DNA from: an uncultured Planctomycetota bacterium
GTDB lineage: Bacteria; Planctomycetota; Planctomycetia; Isosphaerales; Isosphaeraceae
Reading direction: 5' to 3'
NCBI GenBank assembly: GCA_963737655.1
Contig: CAVTTN010000002.1
Location: 672,001-736,000, forward strand
DNA length: 64,000 nucleotides
Part shown: positions 41,238 to 48,967 of the stretch, piece by piece
How positions within the stretch are numbered: the stretch's first letter is position 1
Layout: each line of letters opens with the position of its first letter
Program-made: the position numbers and the translations under genes
Notes under the pieces: model-generated
Told to the model about the DNA's origin: nothing
The model's input: the letters and a program-made list of their open reading frames with translations, nothing else
Databases searched by the model: none

Positions 41238-42962
41238 TCAGCCCACCCCGGCCAGAGACTCGTGGTGGGTGATCCGCAAGACCTCGTCGATGGTGGTCAA
41301 ACCCTTCATCGCCTTGATCATGCCGTCCTCGAAGAGAGTGCGCATCCCCTGTTTCCGGGCCGCTTTGCGGATCACCTGGGTCGGCTCCCCCTTGAACGTC
41401 ATCTCGCGGATCGTGTTGGTCATCGACATCAGCTCGTAGATGCCCATCCGTCCACGATAGCCCGACTTGCTGCAATAGGTGCAGCCCTTGCCCTTCATGA
41501 AATTCGCCTTCTTGGCCAGCTCCGGGCGAAGGCCCAAACTCTGGAGGATGTGGCCCGGCGGCTCATACCGGACGCGGCACTTCGGGCAGACCTTCCTCAC
41601 CAGACGCTGGGCCATGATCCCCATGACGGACGAGGCCACCAGGAACGGCTGGACCCCGATATCGACCAGTCTCGTAACAGCACTGGGCGCATCGTTCGTG
41701 TGCAGCGTACTGAAAACCAGGTGTCCGGTCAGGGAGGCCTGGATCGCCGTATTCGCGGTCTCCTCGTCGCGAATCTCGCCCACCAGGAGGATGTTGGGAT
41801 TCTGCCGGAGCATGGCACGGATGATGCGTGCAAACGTCATCCCAATCTTGGCTCGAACCTCGCACTGATTGATGCCGGGCAGGTAGTACTCGACCGGGTC
41901 CTCGGCGGTGATGATCTTGACGTCCGGCCGGTTCAGCTCGTTCAGGGCGGCGTACAGGGTGGTGGTCTTGCCCGACCCGGTCGGCCCGGTCACGAGCAAG
42001 ATGCCGTTGGGCCTCTTGATGAGCTGCGAGAACCTCTTCCAGTCCTCGTCGCCGAAGCCCAGGTCGCGGAGGCCGACCTTGATGTTCTCGCGATCGAGGA
42101 TCCGCATGACGACCGACTGTCCATGCACGGTTGGGATGATGGAGACTCGCAGGTCGATGTCCTTGCCGGCGACGTGGACCTTGATCCGGCCGTCCTGGGG
42201 TCGGCGCTTCTCGGCGATGTCGATCGAGCCCATGATCTTGAGCCGGGAGACCATCGAGCCGAGGAGGCGGCGGGGGGGCGAGTCGCGTTCCATGCAGACG
42301 CCGTCGATCCGATAGCGGATGCGGACGCGGTCGGCGAACGGCTCGATGTGGATGTCCGAGGCCCTCATCGCCACGGCTTCCTGGATGATCAGCTGGACGA
42401 GCCGGATGACCGGGGCGTCCCCCTCGTCGACGCCCCCCGCGCCGCTCCGGCTGCTGCCCCCGCCTTCGTCGGAGAAGTCGATGGCCGTGTCGGTGAATTC
42501 CTGGAGCATCGAGTCGACGGACTCGGTCTCCTGGGAGCTCGACCCGTAATAGCGGTTGATCGCCTCGACGATCGCTTCCTTGGGGGCCAGGGCCATGGTG
42601 ATCTCGCGGTTCAGGACGAACCGGAGCTTCTCGATGGTCTCGAAGTTCAGCGGGTCATGCATGATGACCTTGATCACGCCGTTGTCCTGGGACATCGGCA
42701 TGACGATGTTCTCGCGGGCGAGCGATTCGGGGATCAGCTCGACGACGCCCGAGGGGATCTCGACCTCGCTGAGGTCGACGTAATCCATGTTATGCTGCTC
42801 GGCCTTCGCCTTCATGATCTGGTCGGGATCGGCGTAGGTGAGCTTGACCAGGGCATCCTCGACGTTGACGCCCTTGATGCCCTGGGCCTCCTTCAACTGG
42901 TCGGGGCCGATGACCCCGCGACGGATGAGGATGTCGGTCCACTCGCGGCTCTGCTTGGCCAT
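41238..42962 (-). CDS. pilB: Pilus assembly ATPase (PilB/GspE), copy 1
   Basis: ASDIHIEP; PQDGR; GPTGSGKTTT; LVGEIRD; STLHTNDA; CPKC...CTYC. Confidence 0.93.
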   Translation of the reverse strand: MAKQSREWTDILIRRGVIGPDQLKEAQGIKGVNVEDALVKLTYADPDQIMKAKAEQHNMDYVDLSEVEIPSGVVELIPESLARENIVMPMSQDNGVIKVIMHDPLNFETIEKLRFVLNREITMALAPKEAIVEAINRYYGSSSQETESVDSMLQEFTDTAIDFSDEGGGSSRSGAGGVDEGDAPVIRLVQLIIQEAVAMRASDIHIEPFADRVRIRYRIDGVCMERDSPPRRLLGSMVSRLKIMGSIDIAEKRRPQDGRIKVHVAGKDIDLRVSIIPTVHGQSVVMRILDRENIKVGLRDLGFGDEDWKRFSQLIKRPNGILLVTGPTGSGKTTTLYAALNELNRPDVKIITAEDPVEYYLPGINQCEVRAKIGMTFARIIRAMLRQNPNILLVGEIRDEETANTAIQASLTGHLVFSTLHTNDAPSAVTRLVDIGVQPFLVASSVMGIMAQRLVRKVCPKCRVRYEPPGHILQSLGLRPELAKKANFMKGKGCTYCSKSGYRGRMGIYELMSMTNTIREMTFKGEPTQVIRKAARKQGMRTLFEDGMIKAMKGLTTIDEVLRITHHESLAGVG

Positions 42963-43225
42963 GGCCGGGGCTCCAACGAGACGAAGCGGTCAGGAGCGGG
43001 GTCCATCCGGGTCGATCTCCGGGGGCAACGGCGAACGAGACCAGCCCCGAGAGGCCGGATCGCGGGCCGAGGTCGCCCTCGGGGGATGGTGGCAGAGGGA
43101 GGGCGCGGCCGCCTTGGGAGCGGTCAGGGGCCTCGGAATCGATCCTCGACGAACCGAACCGAACTTTGCCCGACGGGGCCGCGACCGAGCAAGGCGAGAT
43201 GAAGAGATGACCCGGACGATGTCAT

Positions 43226-43996
43226 CTAGGCTAGCACAGCCGGATCGTCCGAACAAGCATCCAATTGCCCCGGTCGAGGCGTTCCGGGCGTTCGGGCGTC
43301 GCCGGTCCTCGTCCCGTCGACGAGGGCGGACCGACGGGCCAGCCGCCCGAGCCAGGCGGTCACCGCGGCCGTCGCCGCGACCCCCACGCCCAGCAGGGCC
43401 CACTCGCCGGCCGTCCTCGACCGCCCGCCCGAGGCGGCCTCCAGCCCCGCGAGGCCGGCATCGCCCAGGCTCACATACAGCAGCGTCCCCGGCAGCATCG
43501 CGACGGCGGTCGCCGCCACGCTCGGCCCGAACCGGACGGACGTCAGCCCCAGGGCGTAGTTCAGCACGTTGAACGGGACCACCGGCGACAACCGCAACAG
43601 GGCCACGACCTTCCAGCCACCTCGATCGACGGCCGAATCCAGGGCCGCCAGCCGGGGCCGTCGCGCGAGCCATCGCGACACCGGCCCCCTCCCGCCAGAC
43701 CGGGCGATCAGGAACGCCAGCGTCGCGCCGACATTCGAGGCGATCACCACGACCAGGAAGCCCGTCCCGACCCCGAAGATCGCCCCGGCCGCCAGGGTCA
43801 GGGGAGACGCCGGGACCATCGCCACCACCGAGCCGACATAGGCGACCCCGAAGGCCAGAGGCCCCCACGGCCCCAGCCCCCGGACCCGATCCGCCATCGT
43901 CGTGAAGCCCGGCCCCCATCGAGTCGCCGCCCAGACGGCCATCCCGATCAGGGCCACGATCGCCGCCCGACGGGCCAGGTGCCGACCTCGGACCAT
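43226..43996 (-). CDS. TVP38/TMEM64 (VTT/DedA-like) membrane protein
   Basis: LTLAAGAIFG; GATLAFLIAR; LLRLSPVVPFNVLNYALGLT. Confidence 0.85.
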   Translation of the reverse strand: MVRGRHLARRAAIVALIGMAVWAATRWGPGFTTMADRVRGLGPWGPLAFGVAYVGSVVAMVPASPLTLAAGAIFGVGTGFLVVVIASNVGATLAFLIARSGGRGPVSRWLARRPRLAALDSAVDRGGWKVVALLRLSPVVPFNVLNYALGLTSVRFGPSVAATAVAMLPGTLLYVSLGDAGLAGLEAASGGRSRTAGEWALLGVGVAATAAVTAWLGRLARRSALVDGTRTGDARTPGTPRPGQLDACSDDPAVLA

Positions 43997-44182
43997 CCTC
44001 GGCCCTCCTCCAGGAATGATCGGCAGGGCGGAACCGGCCCGGAAAGGTCGGCCGCCCGCATCGGTCCCGCGACGAAAGGGGCGGTCCTCCCGATTGGACC
44101 ACGGACGACCGGGGCTTGCCATCCCCCGTCGCCAGCCGTCGCCCTTGCATCGCCCCCGCCGCCGATGGGAGAATCGCTCGTC

Positions 44183-46576
44183 ATGAACGCCTCGTTCGCC
44201 GCTTTCATGCTGGCGGTCGTCGTCCCTCCGGGGTTCGTGGTCGATCGCCGGGCCGAGGGACTCACGGGCGCCACGGCGATGGCGATCTCGCCCGATGGCC
44301 GCCTGTTCGTCTGCGAGCAAACCGGCGCGCTCCGGCTGGTGAAGGACGGCCGCCTCCTGGCCGAGCCGTTCGTCCGCCTTCGCGTCGATTCTCGCTGGGA
44401 GCGCGGGCTGATCGGCGTGGCGATCGACCCGGAATTCCCCCGCGAGCCGTTCGTCTACGTGAACTACGTCGCCGACGCCCCGTTCCCCCACCATCGGATC
44501 TCTCGGTTCACGGCCTCGGGCGACCGGGCCGATCCCGAATCGGAAAAAGTCTTGTTCGAGGGGGGCGACCAGGAGAAGCTCGGCGGCTCGGTCCCCTCCG
44601 GGCACCAGGGAGGCGCGATCCACTTCGGCCGGGACGGCAAGCTCTACGTCGCCCTGGGGGAGCAGACCGCCGGCTCGCCCTCTCAGGACCTCCATTCGCT
44701 CCTGGGCAAGCTGTTGAGGATCGACCGCGACGGCTCGATCCCGGCCGATAACCCGTTCTTCGATCGAACCGAGGGCAAGTACCGGGCGATCTGGTGCCTC
44801 GGGCTGAGGAACCCGTTCGGCTTCGCCGTCGATCCCCTCTCCGGCCGGATCTTCCTGAACGACGTGGGGGGCAACTTCGAGGAGATCAACGAGGCCGGGC
44901 CCGGCCGCAACTTCGGCTGGCCGACCGTCGAGCACGGCCCGACGAAGGATTCCCGGTTCGTCGGCCCGATCCACTGGTATCCGACCAGCTCGATCACCGG
45001 AGGGGCCTTCGCCCCGCGAAGCGGCCCGCTCCCGGCCGAGTGGCGGGGCCGGTATTTCTTCCTCGACTTCATGAAGGGCTGGCTCAGGACGCTCGACCCC
45101 GACCGCCCCGGAGACGTCCGCGAATTCGCCTCCGGGCTCGCCCGGCCGACCGACCTGGCCTTCGCCCCGGACGGTTCGCTGTATGTCTTGCAACGCGATG
45201 CCTGGGTGATCGACAAGGATTTCCGACCAGGGACCGGCTCGGTCCTCCGCGTCCGGTTCGAGCCGGGCCCTGGAACCCTTCCGGAGAGGCCGAAGGATGT
45301 CACCATCGGCCCGGTCCCGCCGTTCCCCACGTTCCTGCCGCCCCCGGGCCGCTTCACCGGGCCGATCCGGGTGAGGATCACCGCGAAATCGCCCGTTCGG
45401 TTCACCCTCGACGGCTCGGAGCCCTCCATCGAGTCGCCGATCGCGACCGGGCCAATCCCTCTGGATCGCTCGGCGACCCTGAAAATCCGCCCATTCCGCG
45501 ATGGCCAGCCGATCGGCCCCGCCCTGACAGCCGAATATCGCATCGGGGGCCGAACCGCGTTCGGGCTCGCCGATCGACCGGAGGCCCCGAGGCTCCCGCT
45601 CTCGCTCGACCCGAACTCCTGGCCGAAACGGCTCTCCGAGGTCGGGGCGTTCGCCGACCTCGCCGCGATGACCCCCGCCCCGGGCTTCGTGCCCTTCGCC
45701 GTGAACAGCCCGTTGTGGTCCGACGGCGCGGCGAAGCGGCGATGGATCGCGTTGCCCGGTGGTGCCACGATCGAATTCCGCCCGACCGGCGAATGGCGGT
45801 TCCCTCGCGGGACCGTCTTCGTGAAGCACTTCGAGATGCCCCGAGAAGGCGCCCCTCCGCGACGCCTGGAAACCCGGATCACCGTGGCCGACGGCTCCGG
45901 CCTCGGCGCCGCGGCCACCTATCGCTGGGGAGAGGACGGCCGGGACGCCGACCTCCTCGCCGACGGGCGAGACGAGGCCATCGCCACCTCTTCCGACGCC
46001 TCACGTCGTCAAACCTGGTCCTATCCCTCGCGTGATGATTGTTTGAAGTGCCACACCAGGGCCGCCGGCTTCGTCCTCGGCCCCAGCGCCCGTCAGCTCA
46101 ACGGGCCGTTTCGTTATCCGACGACCGGCATCGAGGACCATCAAATCCGCTCCTGGAGCGCCCAGGGGATGTTTAGTCGGGCGGTCCCGGACGAGGAAAT
46201 CCCGAAGTTAGCGAGGCTCTCGCCGATCTCGGACGAATCGGCGACGGTCGAGCACCGCATTCGGTCGTATCTCGATTCCAATTGCGCCAACTGCCACCGC
46301 CCCGGCGCGAACATCCCGGCGGCCTTCGATGCCCGATGGGACTGCCCCGAAGCCGACCGCAAGATCCTCGACGCCCGGACCGTCAGCGACGGCCTGGGGA
46401 TCGCCAATCCCAGGGTCGTGGCCCCGGGAGACGTCTCCCGGTCGATGATCCATCAAAGGATCATCCAGACCGAGAGGTACAAGATGCCGCCGGTCGGCAG
46501 GAACGTCGTCGATCGCGGAGCGGCCGACCTCCTGGCCGGGTGGATCGCCGGTCTCGGCGGCTCGAAGTCGAAGTAG
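44183..46576 (+). CDS. PQQ-dependent sugar dehydrogenase-like propeller fused to an FN3-like domain and a two-CxxCH cytochrome c domain
   Basis: ERGLIG; HQGGAIHFG.DG.LY; GLRNPF; RFTLDGSEP; PLWSDGA.K.RW; CLKCH; CANCH; MPP. Confidence 0.8.
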   Translation: MNASFAAFMLAVVVPPGFVVDRRAEGLTGATAMAISPDGRLFVCEQTGALRLVKDGRLLAEPFVRLRVDSRWERGLIGVAIDPEFPREPFVYVNYVADAPFPHHRISRFTASGDRADPESEKVLFEGGDQEKLGGSVPSGHQGGAIHFGRDGKLYVALGEQTAGSPSQDLHSLLGKLLRIDRDGSIPADNPFFDRTEGKYRAIWCLGLRNPFGFAVDPLSGRIFLNDVGGNFEEINEAGPGRNFGWPTVEHGPTKDSRFVGPIHWYPTSSITGGAFAPRSGPLPAEWRGRYFFLDFMKGWLRTLDPDRPGDVREFASGLARPTDLAFAPDGSLYVLQRDAWVIDKDFRPGTGSVLRVRFEPGPGTLPERPKDVTIGPVPPFPTFLPPPGRFTGPIRVRITAKSPVRFTLDGSEPSIESPIATGPIPLDRSATLKIRPFRDGQPIGPALTAEYRIGGRTAFGLADRPEAPRLPLSLDPNSWPKRLSEVGAFADLAAMTPAPGFVPFAVNSPLWSDGAAKRRWIALPGGATIEFRPTGEWRFPRGTVFVKHFEMPREGAPPRRLETRITVADGSGLGAAATYRWGEDGRDADLLADGRDEAIATSSDASRRQTWSYPSRDDCLKCHTRAAGFVLGPSARQLNGPFRYPTTGIEDHQIRSWSAQGMFSRAVPDEEIPKLARLSPISDESATVEHRIRSYLDSNCANCHRPGANIPAAFDARWDCPEADRKILDARTVSDGLGIANPRVVAPGDVSRSMIHQRIIQTERYKMPPVGRNVVDRGAADLLAGWIAGLGGSKSK

Positions 46577-46603
46577 GCGTCGGGGCGATGCGGCCCTCCG
46601 GGT

Positions 46604-47194
46604 TCAACGTTCCGCGCCCCGGCCCTCGGTGGGCTCGGATTCGCGCTTCGGCTGGACGTTCACCGTCATCGCCTTCCCGAGCAATCGGGGCAGGTGTTCC
46701 ACCGCCGTCTTGAGGTCCGCCTGGTCGTCATCGAGGTAGAAGGTCGTGGGCTCCCGGCCGCGAAGGGTCAGCGACCAGGAGGCGGAATGGGGCGCATCAT
46801 AAGTGCCCGACGGCGGGTCGAGCCGGGACTTGGCCACCTCGCCCGACCCGACCCGGAGGTTCGTCGGATGGTTGCCCACCGCCTTCGCCGGCCCCTTCGC
46901 GTCGAGCCGGCGCACCGCGGCCCGTTTGGTCAACCAGCCGAGCCCGCCGAGCAGGAGTATGATCGGGATGATCAGAAGCAGGGCAAAGCAACCGTCCGGG
47001 CCCTGCAAGCCCAGGTCCAGCCGGCCTCCGCGAACCAGCCCGAAGACCCAGCGGACCCGGATCAGGTAAAGGGCGTCCGGGCCGACATACACGCGATACA
47101 GGGGCCAGCCCACCTCACCCTTCACCCGGGCGTTGAAGGCGGGCCACTCCCCGAGGGCCCGGATTCGCTCGGTCCCCTCGTCTGGTTCCCCCAT
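46604..47194 (-). CDS. Hypothetical membrane protein directly downstream of the RT
   Basis: ATG 22 nt after the RT stop, GGAG upstream; strong TM CFALLLIIPIILLLGGLGWL. Confidence 0.65.
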   Translation of the reverse strand: MGEPDEGTERIRALGEWPAFNARVKGEVGWPLYRVYVGPDALYLIRVRWVFGLVRGGRLDLGLQGPDGCFALLLIIPIILLLGGLGWLTKRAAVRRLDAKGPAKAVGNHPTNLRVGSGEVAKSRLDPPSGTYDAPHSASWSLTLRGREPTTFYLDDDQADLKTAVEHLPRLLGKAMTVNVQPKRESEPTEGRGAER

Positions 47195-47216
47195 GTCTCG
47201 ATTCGCTCCGCCCGCC

Positions 47217-48557
47217 CTACCCGGACTGTTCCGGGTCCCGGTCCCTCCAGTCGATGCGACCGAACATCTCATGCAACTTTCGGCCCCGATCGGGATGAAG
47301 CGAGGCGACATGGGCGATCCGGCCCAGCAGATGCGCCCGGAAATCGTCGTGAGGCCGTCGATTCTGCCCGAGAGGGCCGTGCCTCACGCAGTTGTGAAGG
47401 ATCGCCTTCAACGTGTCGTAGTCGCCACGAACCACATTGGGCCGCTCGTTGAGCACCACGCCCGCGACCCGCTGGCGGACGCCCCGTCTCATGATCCGCG
47501 TCTTGCGCGTGTGGACCTCGAACCCCTCTTCCAGCGCGATGGCGCCGACCTGGATGGAGAATCGGCCGACGGATCGCTCGAAATCCCGATCGCCGGAGAA
47601 GGCCAGGTCGTCGGCATAGCGGGTGTAACGGGCCCCCGAGGACTCGGCCAGGGCGGAGAGGCGGACGTCCAGGCGATGGGCGGCCAGGTTGGCCAGGGCC
47701 GGGGAGGTTGGCGCCCCCTGGGGCAGGTGGGGATGCTCATGGAGACGGCGAAACCGCCAGGAATCGGCCGTCCGGGGAGGGGCCGCGGGATCGTTCCAGA
47801 CCGAGCCCGGCACGCGGTTGGTGGCCAGCCCCGAGAGCAAACGGGCCACCGGCTCGGGATAGCCGGCGGTCAGGAACAGGGCCGTCACCCGGGCCGAGGA
47901 GATCGTCGGAAAGAAGTCCTTCAGGTCCATCTTCAGCACCACGCGACGCCCCACGTGCGGATCGACGAAGGTGCGAATCGATCGACCCGGTCGAAAGCCG
48001 TGGACCGAGTCGTGAGGGGGGATCATCGCCACGATCTCGCGGAGGGCCCGCCTCTGGACCAGCTTCAGGCGAGGCCGGGGGGCTTCGACCAGGCGAAAGG
48101 CCCCCGATCGCTTGGCGACCCAGCGATACGAGTAGCGCCTCGGGGCACCCGCCGGAGACCTCCGCTCAAGCCCCCGGGGATCGGCCAGCCATTCCAGCTC
48201 GCGGAGGCCGATTTGGAGCTGATCGGCCAGGGCCGAGGGGGTCGTCAACGGCGGGACCGGCCAGGAGGACGGCAAGCCCGGGGCGGGCCACATCACGGCC
48301 GGCGGATCGAGCGGCCGAGGCCCCGTCCGCAAGTCGGGCAATCCGGCGCAACCGCGACAAAACCCCCGATCCCGCAGAAAGAAATCGACCAGCCGCCCCG
48401 AGGTCGGGCGAGTCGGAGTCGCAAATTCCACCAGGACCCGCCGGAGGAGCGAAGCCATCCACCGAGGCCGCCGACCCAGGGCCGATCGCGCCCTCTCCGC
48501 AAGGTCTTCCTTCCGCCAGGGGCCCAGGACCAGGGCCTCGGCCAGGCGACGAGCCAC
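47217..48557 (-). CDS. Retron-type RNA-directed DNA polymerase
   Basis: KRSG..R.VEAP...LK.VQR; HGF..GRS; DLKDFFPTI; LPQGAPTSPALAN; YTRYADDLAFS; QRVAGVVLN (VTG-like region Y). Confidence 0.93.
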   Translation of the reverse strand: MARRLAEALVLGPWRKEDLAERARSALGRRPRWMASLLRRVLVEFATPTRPTSGRLVDFFLRDRGFCRGCAGLPDLRTGPRPLDPPAVMWPAPGLPSSWPVPPLTTPSALADQLQIGLRELEWLADPRGLERRSPAGAPRRYSYRWVAKRSGAFRLVEAPRPRLKLVQRRALREIVAMIPPHDSVHGFRPGRSIRTFVDPHVGRRVVLKMDLKDFFPTISSARVTALFLTAGYPEPVARLLSGLATNRVPGSVWNDPAAPPRTADSWRFRRLHEHPHLPQGAPTSPALANLAAHRLDVRLSALAESSGARYTRYADDLAFSGDRDFERSVGRFSIQVGAIALEEGFEVHTRKTRIMRRGVRQRVAGVVLNERPNVVRGDYDTLKAILHNCVRHGPLGQNRRPHDDFRAHLLGRIAHVASLHPDRGRKLHEMFGRIDWRDRDPEQSG

Positions 48558-48581
48558 GCGGCGGGTTCGCGAAGGATAAGA

Positions 48582-48751
48582 CAGCGGCGGCGCTCCAACC
48601 CGTCTCGTCCGGCGTGAGCAGTTCTACGTGAAGCGTAGTCCCGCTCACGCCTCGCCTGGGACCAAATCAAACGCTCCCCCGGGGTAACCCCGGAGAGGTG
48701 GGAAGCCATCGCGAGACGGCCGAACCACCCGCTTGGAAAACGCCGCCGCTG
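48582..48751 (-). ncRNA. Putative retron msr-msd RNA
   Basis: Terminal inverted repeats CAGCGGCGGCG (48582-48592 and 48741-48751) extended by TCCAA/TTGGA; AAGC candidate branch G at 48732; two msr-like stem-loops (48697-48729, 48674-48697); msd-like hairpin 48607-48662. Confidence 0.75.
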
Positions 48752-48759
48752 ATCCGCTG

Positions 48760-48788
48760 AACATAAGGGCGACCTCGACGGATGTCAA
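48760..48788 (-). promoter_or_regulatory. Sigma70-type promoter for the retron transcript
   Basis: TTGACA (48788-48783), 17-nt spacer, TATGTT (48765-48760); predicted start near 48753, just before the first inverted repeat. Confidence 0.75.
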
Positions 48789-48967
48789 GGTCTTTCGATC
48801 CTTCCCGAACGACCGCAAAAGGGAGCAACACGGGGAAAGGGAACGTGCCGGAAAGCAGCAATTGCATGCAATGCTTCGCTCCGTCCCCCTTGCGCGCCCT
48901 ATACTTCCCCTATCGCCGCCTGCTCGTGGTCACGCATTGACCACGTCACGAGGAGGCCAAAGGTCTT

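Noticed and set aside
47217..48557. RT as a group II intron, DGR or CRISPR-associated RT
   Set aside because: No maturase/endonuclease domain or large intron RNA, no TR/VR pair or avd, no cas genes or array; motifs and upstream RNA fit retrons
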